A DNA stretch of 32,000 bases, taken from assembly GCA_018136815.1 (NCBI GenBank), contig CM030931.1:5791515-5823514 (forward strand), written 5' to 3'. The translations under genes and the position numbers were made by a program. Numbering within the stretch: position 1 is the first letter of the stretch; each line of letters opens with the position of its first letter. Below the pieces are notes generated by a model. That model made no database searches. It worked only from the letters and a program-made list of their open reading frames with translations, and was not told the origin of the DNA. The DNA comes from Isochrysis galbana (lineage: Eukaryota). Positions 10,306 through 21,227 of the stretch are shown here, one piece after another.

Positions 10306-10359
10306 AGCTGCAGGACTCCCCACGCAAGGAGATTATAACAGTAGAAGCGAATGGATAAT

Positions 10360-10590
10360 GGACGTATCCATAATAGCCGGCTCTCCGCGCCAATCGGGTT
10401 GCGCGAGAGGTCCACCGACGACAGCCGAAAGCTCAGCGCGAGCTCGCACATGCGCTGCACCGATCCGGTTGCGGTTGAGGATAAGCGTCTGGATCCACCG
10501 ACACGCTCCAGCCTCGAGCACGCGACAGCGACAGATCATGTCGAAGGCGAGGGCCTCCGCCCACGCAAGGCCCAAGGTAGGGCACATGGG
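10360..10590 (-). pseudogene. Fragment of an RNI-type leucine-rich-repeat coding sequence, frame-shifted
   Basis: Two overlapping minus-strand frames give IQTLILNRNRIGAAH and LSSVDLSRNPIGAE. These are LxxLxLxxNxIG repeats of the ribonuclease-inhibitor type. No complete ORF is present. Confidence 0.3.
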
Positions 10591-11018
10591 CTAAAGCCCG
10601 CGATATCGAAGAAAAAGGACTGAAGGGGGAAGCGAAAAGGGGAGTGAGGAGTGAATTAGGGGCATGGGCGATGGATCTGGGTTTCCGCAGTAGAAGTGAC
10701 CTAGTAGTGCAGTAGTAGGAATCTTCAAGAGTTTTTCTTAGTCGCCCATATGTGTCCGCAGCATAGTGCACCGCCTACTACTATTGCTGCCTCTCTCACG
10801 AGCTATGGCACAACGTGAGTGCAACTAGTGTCCGCGCTAGTCGTGGTCACCGTGGTCATTGCGTCATATATTATTAGCATGCGTTCATGCTGGCTACATG
10901 CATTGCCCACCGAGTAGCCCTACAGGTCGACAAGGAGCGAAAATGTCTCCCCGTCTCGGCGGAGGGGTGCTGGCGAGCAAATCGTGGCGCCCGCCATATA
11001 AAGAGAAATGAGCAACAC

Positions 11019-11837
11019 TCATGGCTCGCGTATACTTTGATTCCACCAGAAGGCGCCCCTCCTCGCCGGCACGAGCCGGCCGCTGCGGTCGAGTGTGTAT
11101 GTGACTCGCGTAGTTGGTGGTATCGAACGCCGGACTCGAGCCGTCTGCTCATCGCTCACCTCAACGAGTGGGGCATCCACACCGGTGGCCGGCTCGAGGC
11201 CTAACAGTGTCGGGCCTGTGCCATAGTGTCCACGAAAGAAGCGTGATGCCCGCCCGCCCAGTCGTAGCAGCCGATTGCCGACCGAAAGGGGTAAAGAACT
11301 ATTCCTTGTGGGCACCTTTGGAGCGGAGATGGATCGCACCGCATAATGGGTGTTCCCTCTTGTCTTGTCAATCGCGGCCACGCCGTTCTCATCGACATTG
11401 AGCGTGCTCACGCTCACCTCTGCAGCGCCGCCGAGTGGCCGAGTGACAAGGTCTCCCACGACGACTCGCGCTGGGCGAAGAGAGGAGGGCCGGATTGCGG
11501 CAGATGGCAAGGACGCGGCCGCGTGACTCCCCGTCGTCATGTCAGTGGCACTAGCCCTCGCATCGGCAGGCAGGGCACCGACCCCACCGGAGGCCCCGCC
11601 TGCGACTGCCGCTCGTGCGACCGCCGCAGCGAGCCGTTCGTTGAGACGGCGCGACATGTCCACGCCATCGGGCGTAATTTCCAGCGCGGAGGATGCGTCA
11701 TGTTCCATGGATGATCGACCCACAACGTCGCCATCGGCGGATGTGCGTGTCACCCGCCAGCGACGCCCGCGTTGTGTTGCTGCACCACGGCCTGCGAGAG
11801 CCCGTTTGACAGCCTCCTCTTCCACTAGCTCCATCAT
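11019..11837 (-). CDS. Hypothetical protein ORF (272 aa), no recognisable domain
   Basis: This is the longest ORF in the interval and has a more protein-like composition than the antisense Ala/Arg/Ser-rich ORF. No motif was recognised. It could instead be a downstream exon of the SMP gene. Confidence 0.25.
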   Translation of the reverse strand: MMELVEEEAVKRALAGRGAATQRGRRWRVTRTSADGDVVGRSSMEHDASSALEITPDGVDMSRRLNERLAAAVARAAVAGGASGGVGALPADARASATDMTTGSHAAASLPSAAIRPSSLRPARVVVGDLVTRPLGGAAEVSVSTLNVDENGVAAIDKTRGNTHYAVRSISAPKVPTRNSSLPLSVGNRLLRLGGRASRFFRGHYGTGPTLLGLEPATGVDAPLVEVSDEQTARVRRSIPPTTRVTYTLDRSGRLVPARRGAFWWNQSIREP

Positions 11838-12320
11838 CTACGCAACAAGAGGGCAGCACCACCATCAGAGCGATTCTTGCACCACGCCCCTGAGACGCAA
11901 ACGGCAGGCAAAAGGGGCGCAGCGGCTCTCGGCCGGGTGATGCCGCCAAGGACTTTTGCCGTGCGCAGCCGTTGAGCCAGTGCACGTTTCATCCACGGCT
12001 TGTTTTGCGGGGGATTGCTGTGCCCGCGAGTGCCACGAACAAATCGAGGCATCGTGTCTCGTGCCATACCTTTTTATCTTCACGGTCGCGAGTGGGCGCT
12101 CCCGCCGACGCTGAGGCGATAGCGGCGGCGATGGCAGCGGAGGCATCCCTCCTACAATCCACAAACGGTCGTAGCAAGCCGGACACGATTGAAGAGGAAT
12201 AGAGTATAGGTATCGACAGCAGGGCGCGGGCACAGGGGCGACGATGCCCATGCACCATCCACGGCGGAGAAACTGTGCGCCAGGGCTCTCTACGTCAGGC
12301 CGGCGCGCACCTGGACACCC

Positions 12321-15066
12321 TCATGTCCGTTTGCATCCACGACGGGAACACGCATGACGACAATAGATTGGATCTACGCCATGGCACGGATGTGGCTGTC
12401 GTCGGCGCGCGGGCATTGCAGTGATTCGAAACACCGATCCAAGGGGCGCTGAACGACACCCCACAAGTGCCCATTCATCATGAGCCGCAGAGGGTGAGGG
12501 CACGGACCGCATAGTCGAGAAGATGAACGGCCCGACCGCAGGAAGTTGCGTCACGTCCACCCCGCCTAGCGGCTCGAGCCCCGCGTCGACAGTCGGCGGG
12601 CGGAGGAAAGTCCATCGCACGCGTCCGACGTAGGGATACTCGGATATCCACTCCCAATGCAAGCGAAGGGTCCCGCGCAAGCGTGGGCGTGAGATGCGCA
12701 ACCTCGGACGAGAGGCGATGTTGGCAAATCGGAACTCGAGCTCGAGGTGAGCATCTGGAGCATCAATCTTGCAACAGCGGCGGGCGGGGGAGCAGGGGTC
12801 GCGCTGTCTCGAGAAGGGGCGGGGCCGCTGTGCATGTGAAGTCGGGGCCCGGAGGGCGGGCAGCTCTAGGCTCTCGAGCGCTGTGCTCACGCGAGTAGCA
12901 CTCCGCCACCCGGACGAGGTTGGGCGTGCGGCACCTCCAACTCGACCACAGCCACAGCTCCGGGCCCCTCGTTTGGCGTCGGACCGAGCACGCGCGACGC
13001 CGAGGCAGAGATGAGAAGCGGCGGTTGCGTCCCGACCTGAAGCCAGTGGCAAAGGGTGGCTGATGGGATTAGCTCCGAGGATGGGCGAGCGATCGGTCTT
13101 GCACGTCAAGGCGATCGTCGCCGTGCGCCTCGTGAGCAGGGTGCCATAAGCAACAGGTCGGGGCACGCACCTGGAGACTCCAGAGCTGGATCGAGGCAAG
13201 AGTTCGTGGCAACGTCGGCTTCAGCTGCTCCAGCGACGCAATCATGGACTCGCGGATCGTTTGGTGCAAATAAGGGCTGCGGAAGCGAGGATGCGCGCCT
13301 TATCAGCCGATGGAGAGGAGTGGCGCCGCCTAGTGGGCTGCGCCCCGACTCCCCGCTCTACTCGAAGGGCCTGCCCATGGCTCCAGCCCCGTGCGCGCAC
13401 CCGAATGTCGTCTGCCAGCCGGCGGCCAACAAAGTGTTGAGCCAGCCAAGCGACTCGGCCGGTGCCCCGGGGCGGAGTTGCCACGCTCGGAGGGCGCGCG
13501 CCTCGGCGAGTTGCAACATCTCGGCCTGCTGAGCAATTTCCACAGTTCTCAGATACGCGAGGCATGCGACGCCGCAAGCCGCCGCGCAAGCATTCCCCAA
13601 CGGGCCATTCCCAGCGAGGCGCGCGCACAGCGCGATGCAAATGAGAGCCAGCGCGACGTGCGGCGTCGAGCGGGGTCCAAGGAAGGCGGCTAGAGCTCTT
13701 CGCGACGACGGTAGGCCCGATTCGAGCGCACGCGCTGAGCCGCGCGCCCCGCCGGCTCGCGCAGCCTCCGAGGTGCTAGCGCCGGGCGCTAAGCTCACTG
13801 GCGCACGGCGCCCGCCCGCGGTTCCGCCCCTCTCAAGCTGCACTCCGAACTCGGAAGGGAAGATTCCGGCGGCGGTCGAGAAGCCGTCCGGCTCGTCGCT
13901 CTCCTGCCGCGCCTCCCCACCCGTGCGCTTGCGCCCCGCCTCAGCCTGCAGCGCCTCGAGCGTACGCCAGTCGGCCACTCCACCGCCATCGTTGTAGTCG
14001 AATTCGACGCGCTTGCGGATGGCGCCGACGCCGGATTGGACGACGTCGAACGCGTCGGGAACTATTCCAAGCGCCTCCCCCGCTAGCCGCTCCGTCGCAT
14101 CCCCCAGCATGAGAATGCCGTCACCGACGCTCTTGAAGGTTCCTGAGACGACTCTCATCGGCCGCGAGAGCAGTCGCCGCGTGGCCCCGCCCGTGTCGGC
14201 AGCCGCCTCGCCGGCGACCGCGTTGCTCACACTTTCGAGACTCGAGCCGACTGCTCTCACCACGTGACCGGTCAGCCGGAAGACCCCGCCGGCAGAGAAG
14301 GTGATCAGGTCTCCCGCGGATCGAGCGAGGCCTCCGCTCGCCTGAATGAAGCATACGGGATGTGAGCGAATCTTCCAAAATTTTTTGATAGGCGCTCGTA
14401 GGCGCGCAATGTGGTGAGAGAGGCAGCGTGAGACCCGGGTGGACGGGTAGCGCAGGGAAGGTGAAATTTCCGGGGTTGTGGGCCACGCTAGTCCTGTGTG
14501 GCGAGTGTGTAGCACATGCGCGGCGGGTAGAAGTGGTATACGGCCATTACGCGATGTGGTGCGGTGCGGGGTTGTGGGCATGGCGTGCCTAGGAGGCTGC
14601 GGCGCAAGGGCTAGCGATTGTTCGCGCGTGGCGCCACCGCGCGGTGCGAGTAAGAGAGGGGGTGCGAGGGAGAGGAGGCTACCATAAGTCTAGGGCTGGA
14701 CAACGGGTGAGCAAGACGACGGCTCGCGCCCCGTGTTCCGAACTGGTGCGCCACCTCCGCGTGATTGGGGGGGGGGGGCAGGCTAGGGAGGGTGGTAGCG
14801 AGGGAGGTAGCAGCTCGATGAGTGGCGTGCGCTTGCGGCACAGTGCTCCCCCGCAGCACCTCCAGTGGTGAGACGAGGGCAGGGTCGTCAGGCCTGGTCA
14901 CGCGTCGGCGTTGGGTGCACCTCACTCCACTCACCTGCAGCCCTCGATCAAGCAGAACCCAGCCGTTAGCCACTCCCCTCCTGCTCTGTGGCGGAGGCGC
15001 TGCGTTCCACTCTTCGGCACCGCAAGCGCCACAGAGAAAGAGCACCGCCCAGAGCGCACGAGCCAT
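12321..15066 (-). CDS. SMP-domain lipid-transfer protein (tricalbin / extended-synaptotagmin-like), multi-exon
   Basis: The hydrophobic hairpin HVALALICIALCARLAGNGPLGNACAAACGVACLAYL is followed by the SMP start motif ESLGWLNTLLAAGW. The donor TTCGG|GTGCGC (exon ends at 13401) and acceptor cttccgcag| (exon starts at 13276; 124-nt intron) rebuild a Gly codon and give WQTTFGPYLHQTIRESMIASLEQLKPTLPRTLASIQLWSLQ, with donor CAG|GTGCGT at 13171. The SMP core lies in ORF 12321..13199: KIDAPDAHLELEFRFA...LRGTLRLHWEWISEYPYVGRVRWTFLRPPTVDAGLEPLGGVDVTQLPAVGPFI. The exon joining 13171 to that core is unresolved. A possible first exon is 14935..15066 (MARALWAVLFLCGACGAEEW..., donor CAG|GTGAGT), joined in phase 0 to the acceptor ttcattcag| at 14341. 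That join is speculative. No C2 domain was seen. Confidence 0.65.
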
Positions 15067-15569
15067 CTTCTGATCGCCTTGCCCGCCTCCGCCCCACCAC
15101 CACCAACAATCCCACCTACTGCTCACTCCTTCTCGTTCCTCCCCCTTTGCCCCCCCACTCTCCGTCTCTCCTCTCTCCCCAACAACCCCGCCGCCGCCGC
15201 TCACCACATCGCCACACCACTCTCAGACGCGGGAGAGAGGGATCTTATTACTCTACTTTACTGATAGAGAAGAGTATATCCTCTACGCGCATGAATCATT
15301 GAATCATGCATGAACCCATCCTTCTTCTTTGACTTTTCGAGTAGGAGAAGGGACCACTAAGTTTATACTTACTAGCTCATATCCATTACTCCGACGTCAA
15401 GGAGGCTTAAAACAATAACAGCTCTTTAGACACTTATATTGGGCCCCACCAAAGACAGGAGACATGAGAGGTGAGAGGGTAGAGGGTCCATTGGACATTG
15501 GGCTTAACACCAACATTTTGCATTTTGCATTTTGTTTCATCTCCATCTGCTCAACACATTTTTACAATT

Positions 15570-15650
15570 ATCCGTAAACGGATAGGGATAGGGTCATGGA
15601 GCGCGCGCCGCTCTCCTCCCCCTCTGCCGCCGACCCCTCTGTGTCGCATC
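15570..15650 (+). repeat. Possible truncated 5' fragment of the same repeat family
   Basis: The AT hairpin atccgtaaacggat is followed by gatagggtcatgg, the same layout as 31164-31190. The downstream C/T-rich stretch is only loosely similar. Confidence 0.25.
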
Positions 15651-16376
15651 CAGAGTATTTTATATACTCTAGGCGGATGCGGTGCTTCTATCTCTATCAA
15701 TGTGTAGTGTGTGAGAAATTGAGTGAGTTTTGTTTTTGCCAATGAGTTGCCTCGAAGCTCCGCCGCATTGCACGCCGCATTTGTTCGTTTGTCCTTATTT
15801 GTTTCATTGGTTTGTTTGTGCGATGTTGCGTCAGTTTTCGAAGTTTTCTTGTTGGTGAGTGAGTGAGAGTGATGAAGGGTGGTGTCTCGTGTCTCGTGGG
15901 CCGTCGTCGCGATGTAGCGCGCCCTTTCCCACCCTCTCTCAAGACTTCTCTTCACTCCATGCCCTAGCCCCGCTGAGACTTGCCCCACGATCAAGCGCGA
16001 GCTTGATTCGACAATTCAAAGACATCCCTCACTCACCCGCACGCCCTCGCCACACATCGCACCGCGCACAACGCACAAGCCCGCACATGCGCATGGCGCA
16101 TTTGCCCGTCTCACTCATCATCCCGCTCTGACCCATGGGATGAGCATGGCTCACCTTTGTGGTGGCGAGCGCGGTCAGCCTGCCTTCCCTCGCCATTCCT
16201 TTCCCTCTCGCCTCGCTTCCGCCTCGCCAAGCCTCCGCTTTCCACTGCCACGCCATCATTGCATTTCCCCATCCATTGCCTTGTGCGCATGGCGCATGGC
16301 CCGCTGTTTGTTCTCTCTCGTTCTCTCCACCGCGCCCTCCTACCCTTGAGGACTGAGCCCCCTCAGCCTCAAGCAC

Positions 16377-16938
16377 TCAGGCCTCCTCCTCTTCCTCCTC
16401 GTCGTCGTGGTTCGTCGCGATCGATGGTGCGGTGGTGGTGGTCCCAGGCTCTCTCCTTCTCTTTATTCCCTTTCTCGTCTGTGCGATACGCTTGCGCTCT
16501 CCGATTTGTTCGATGGTTTGTCGCCATTGGGCGTTGTGGTCCTCAGAGGTGTCAGCCTTGGTCTCGAGCTCGCTTTCATTCTCCTGCTTGTCCTCGTTCT
16601 TGTCCGCGTGTTCGTCGTTTAGACCCTCGATCTTCGGTTCCCGGTCTTCATTCTTTTTGTTGCGTCGTAGTTGAGCAAATATCGGCCCCGTCTCGATCGC
16701 TTCCGATCACTCCTCTCGTTTGGCTAAGGCCACTATCACTCAATCGCTTATTCTCGTTTAGGCTTCGGCCATCTGCGTCCTCGTTCTCGATACTCGATTC
16801 TCGTTTATTGTCGTTTTGATATTGCTCTGTTTGCGTACGATTGGCCAGGGGGCCCATCCCATCCCGTGCAGCAGCTCCATATAGCCCTGGTACCATCGCG
16901 GTGACCAAGGCGGCCGAGAGGAGAGAGAGCGACGCCAT
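16377..16938 (-). CDS. Hypothetical signal-peptide-bearing, highly acidic protein (model needs a 57-nt intron or a frameshift)
   Basis: ATG at 16938 gives MASLSLLSAALVTAMVPGLYGAAAR followed by polar sequence. A second frame continues as NEDREPKIEGLNDEHADKNEDKQENESELETKADTSEDH...DDEEEEEEA with a stop at 16377-16379. A GGA|GTGATC...caaaaag| splice would join the two frames in frame. There is no homology support. Confidence 0.25.
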
Positions 16939-16987
16939 CGCTGGCGCTCTCTCCAGATCAGAACCGGGTAAAATTTCTCTTACAATC

Positions 16988-17022
16988 CTGGAGTGCCCAA
17001 CTTTCGAACGCGACCGGGCGCG
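16988..17022. repeat. 35-bp dispersed direct repeat, copy 1
   Basis: ctggagtgcccaactttcgaacgcgaccgggcgcg matches 17193-17227 at 34/35 positions. The flanks are unrelated. Confidence 0.85.
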
Positions 17023-17192
17023 CTGTCGGCGCTTTCTCGGCCATCCACTCAGATAGAATGCCCCACTAGGCACCATATCCAAAGATGCTGCCCTAGCAGC
17101 CATGCCAATCACCGCCGCCGCCCGCGCGCATCGCGCCGTAGTCGGCCGTGTGTGGCGCCGACAATTACGTTAACGTCACCCGGCCGAATGGG

Positions 17193-17227
17193 CTGGAGTG
17201 CCCAACTTTCGAACGCGACCAGGCGCG
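17193..17227. repeat. 35-bp dispersed direct repeat, copy 2
   Basis: ctggagtgcccaactttcgaacgcgaccaggcgcg matches 16988-17022 at 34/35 positions. Confidence 0.85.
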
Positions 17228-18163
17228 TTGGGTGCGAGGAGGCTCGTGCTGGACGGCCAAGAGGTCTCTTAAGAGCCTGCGCTGCCCCGGTGTCAACGAG
17301 TCCGCGAACGCGATGCACTTGGCGACCGCCTCGGTAGATGGCACAGTAAGTCCTGCGGTGGTAGCGCAGCGCGCGAAGAGGGCTGTATGTATGGCAATGC
17401 TCGCCACAATTCCCGAGCTCGCGGGTGGGTAGTCTTCGGGGTTCAGAGGAAGCGTACCAATAGTCTGGATGGGGTTCTGCGCGTAGGAGCGCGTAGGCAA
17501 GCCGGTGTCATCCTCCTCATGTTGGGGTAAGAAGTGGTGTGGTGTGGGGCTGGCGGCCATGCTGCGTGGGCAGGTGAAGCAGAAATCAGAAATCGGCCGA
17601 GTGCGGTGGCATGAAACCCCGGTGAGTCCGCCGACCGGTGTCCCCGGGCCATTTAGTCCGAACACCAGCGACAAGGGGGGGTTGACCACCGCCGTGCTCT
17701 CGCTGGAGCGCGGCGAAGGTCGGCCTGTCAGGATGGTCGGTCGCCATCGCTCTGCCTCGGATTCGAGCGGGGAGAGAGATGAGGGGAAATCTTCCCCCGG
17801 TCCCACGATAAAAAAATGTGGGCCTCTGGATCAACAAGATTTTTTTTCAACCCAGCCTCCCCCACCTCTAAAGATTGCTGCATCTCAAGACGTTTCATTC
17901 CCACTTTCACTCACAGGCGTTCATCCGCGCCCTTCATCTCCACACATCCTGTACATCCGTGGTAAGCAAGCGCCCGCAACAATCTGTCATCCATCCCTTG
18001 TATGAGTGAACATGTTGGCTAATTGACACGTGGACACGTCGCCATGCATAGTGGTGCAGAGTGAGCGGTACGTTGATGGCATTTTTCGGCACCATCATGC
18101 ACGGGATACATGTCCCTGAAGGAGTCAGCGTCGGGAGAGAGGCGCGCCTCCGGGAGAGAGAGG

Positions 18164-19475
18164 CTAGGTGCCATGGACTTTGCGCTCTTGCTGAACGTTC
18201 CACACGAGCCCAACTTCAGCCAAGGCATGAATGAAGTACTGCGGCGCGTCGAAGCCAGGCCGCACGGCGAGCGCTGGATGAGTATGATGATGATCATGGT
18301 CATCCTCGCCCACCGCAGGGGAGAGGATGGACGACACGTAGTCGAGGAAAATGTAGAGAGGCGATGAATCGATGGTCGTTGGTTTGTCGACAGCGTCACA
18401 GTTTACATTTGTGGTCGAGGTGCGTCTGTGCTTATGGTGCTCGGGAGGGGGGCCACCGAGTTTGGTCTGGGAGCCGCCGATCGGGTGGTTGCGCACATTG
18501 AACCATAGCGTCGACACTTGACCAATCCATGACGAGCTGAAGCTTACCCATAACCCGGCGGGACCGAACATGGCAAGTGCCAGATGAAACTCAATCAGAG
18601 GGAACACGAACGAAAGGGAGTCAATGAGCCGCATGCACGGCGTGTCAATGTGACACGGGGCGAACTCCTCATCGACAGCCTGTATCGAGCGCACACAATC
18701 AGCCGTGGTACCCGAGAGGAAAAAAGAGAAGGCGTTGATGATGCCGTTGAGCGCGGGGGAGTGCGGGTCGCGCAAGGTGGTGTCGCAAAACTTGTGATGG
18801 GCCCGGTGGCGAGATGCCCACCACAGCGGGCCGCCTTGGTAGGAGAAGCAAGAGATGACGCCGAGGCAGAGGCTGGTGGCCCAGTGGCACTTGAAGGCGG
18901 CGTGCGCGCAGTATCTGACGGCAAAGGAAGCGGCTAGTGAGGGCGCTCACTCGTGTGAGTCGCTGAGATGGCAGCTCTTGGCAGTGCACACGTGCATGCA
19001 CCGGAAGGCGGGTCGCACCTGTGCAGGATTACGCTCATGCAGATGCCATTCTTGAAGAATAAGAGGCCACAGAAACACACGAGTGACAGGAGCGGCTGCG
19101 GCGAGACGCTGCTGCAGAAAATGCCCGCAAAGGTGGCAGCTGACCAAACCGGCAGGAAGACCACGAGGAACAGTCCTTGGATGGGGTTGACCTTGCTCGA
19201 GTACGGGGACGGAGTACGATGCTGCAGGGGTTGGCGCGCAGCCGTTGGGGCGGATGTATGAGAGCCACATACTTTGGCACGCGCAAGCAAGGTGTGCAGT
19301 GACAAGGGAGAGAGGTGGCGGCCGTCACCTTGGCCAGCACGACGTCATCGTTGCGCTTGAGGAGGTAGTTTGCACTAGCAACAACAGTCGCCACAAGAAA
19401 TGCCACGAGAAGGGGTCCACGATTCAGACAGCTGATTAGATAGACGGGAGGTACAAGCATAGTGACGGGTGCCAT
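18164..19475 (-). CDS. Delta-9-type membrane fatty-acid desaturase; exons 19329..19475, 19019..19221, 18164..18914
   Basis: All three His boxes of the acyl-CoA/acyl-lipid Delta-9 family are present. Box 1, HRYCAH, is only formed after removing intron 18915..19018 (donor CACAG|GTGCGA, acceptor ccgtcag|A): ...GICMSVILH-R-YCAHAAFK. Box 2 is QGGPLWWASRHRAHHKFCDTTLRDPHSP. The TM4 ligand motif is WFNVRNH. Box 3 is GEDDHDHHHTHPALAVRPG, followed by YFIHALAEVGL. Intron 19222..19328 (AAG|GTGACG ... cccctgcag|) joins in phase 0. The start at 19475 (MAPVTMLVPPVY...) is provisional and further 5' exons are possible. Confidence 0.8.
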
Positions 19476-20351
19476 GCCAGATCGGCGCTGGCGGCGGACA
19501 GCCTCCCACAATGGCGGGCGTCGACATGACCGCCTCATTGTGCAGAGATGCCATCATGAGCTCGTACTCACGGGCAAAGAAGCTGAAGGGGCCCTTGCCA
19601 TCGAAGCGATACTCAGCCTGAAGACCACCGTGTTGGGGACATCTCAGAAGGCTGACTGCAGCTGTGTCACCACAGCTGTGGGCATGCGTACGGACGGGTC
19701 TGGCACTGGATTCCCTCAGAGCCGACTCACTGTCCATGCACTCTGCGTCCAACGCGGCGCGCGCTGCTGCTGCGTACGGGTGGGGTACGGGTGGCGTACC
19801 AGCTCCACCTCCTCGAGGCCCTCATTCTGCTCAAGCCTTCCCTGCACCACCTCGGCTGCGGCGTTGGGGCACATCCGGCAGTGGGAGGGCGGCCGCGACC
19901 GAGGTGCGGGGCGGGACGGGGGGGGGGGACGCCACAGCACTAGATTCGCCGCTGGCGGATTGCGGCTGGTGGTACTCCTATGAGGTTTACTTTAGCCCTT
20001 CCTTATCTACGTAATGGATTCTGCCAGGGGCAGGAGGGGGCAGGAGGGGTGGGTGGGTGGGGGGGGGGGGGCGGACGATCCCTCTGGGGCGCGCTCCCTC
20101 CCAATCTCGACAGCCGAGGCTTGGATCTGGTCGACGAGACGGAATCTTCACGCGATGAGATTCGTGATCTCGGAAAAATCTGGTCGAGCTCCTGCCCCTT
20201 CCCCCTTCCGACCCGCGCCCTCCTTCGGACCCCCTCCCCCCCCCCGCGCCCCGCGACTTCCCCCCTCGCCGCGGCGCCCCCTATGAAGCGAACCTCCGCC
20301 AAGGACACAATCCTTACTTGTTCATGGGCCTGATTTCGCGGGCCTCATTGT

Positions 20352-20407
20352 ATTCGACGAGGCCGTCGCCGAGTCGGCGAGCTCACCGCATGAGGGCCTC
20401 GTCGAAT
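20352..20407. repeat. Nested inverted repeat (hairpin)
   Basis: The 13-bp arms attcgacgaggcc (20352-20364) and ggcctcgtcgaat (20395-20407) enclose the inner palindrome cgccgagtcggcg (20367-20379). Confidence 0.8.
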
Positions 20408-20896
20408 TGCTCACTGTAAAATGAGATGGCTCTATTCTCTATTCGGGTATTCCTATGTTGTAAATGAATTGCTCAGCTTTCCTTTTGGAAGTCGCGTGAC
20501 CGACAGCTCCAGAATATTGTTGTAAACGGACATGTGGACTATGATGGCTCAACTTCATTCTGTCGCACATTCGACGGATCGCGACCTCATGAGTGGGCTC
20601 CTGCGGGCACTGGCACGGGAGGGCTCGGCGGTTATGTCTCGTTTGGGCGGCCCAAATGCCAAATGTCTCGCAAAAATATGCGGAAAATATGCCGGCGGCT
20701 GCCCAAATGCCAAATGCCCAAATATCACGTGGAATATCACGCAGTGTTGGGGCAACAGCTCGCTAGCTTGCACGGGTTTTGGAGCTATCACTAGCGCCAG
20801 TACCTTGCGCCAGCTATTGGTGGTCCGCTAGCTAGCACCAGTACTTTAGGTCGAAGAGCTAGTCATGCCAGCTAGCGCCAGCTTTGGAGGGCGTAG

Positions 20897-20940
20897 AGGG
20901 TCTATAGTTAGTTGATTGCGGGTCTATAGTTAGTTGAGTG
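20897..20940. repeat. Tandem repeat, 22 bp x 2
   Basis: gggtctatagttagttgattgc followed by gggtctatagttagttgagtgc, then G-rich sequence including G13 at 20975-20987. Confidence 0.85.
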
Positions 20941-21227
20941 CGGGGGAGGGGGGAGGGGGAGGGACGGGGGGAAAGGGGGGGGGGGGGATGGAGATAGAGG
21001 GACGATTAGCGATTAGGTTAGCTCCTATGTCCTATGTGCTTCTGCATGTGCTCAGCACTCTAACTCAACGCACGTGCGCAAATGCCACAACGGCAAAACG
21101 CGCGCGATGCGTAAGCGTATAAGATAATGTGATACGTGATATATAAAATATAGATACAAGATGAGCAAGAATCAAGAATCTTTCAAATTGAGTCTTCAAC
21201 ATAGCTACTTACATACTTACATAGCCT

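Noticed and set aside
16988-17227. A tRNA or SINE-like origin for the 35-bp repeat, because of its ttcgaa core.
   Set aside because: The flanking bases cannot form a T-arm or a cloverleaf, and no A-box or B-box arrangement is present.
17165-17806. A 213-aa minus-strand ORF as a gene.
   Set aside because: No recognisable motif is present. It overlaps the 35-bp repeat and equally long ORFs on the plus strand, so it cannot be distinguished from GC-driven noise.
19480-19752. A possible cytochrome b5-like N-terminal extension of the desaturase (QHGG in ORF 19375..19752).
   Set aside because: The HPGG heme-binding motif and surrounding b5 pattern are absent. The only in-frame join found needs a 45-nt intron, shorter than any supported intron in this window.
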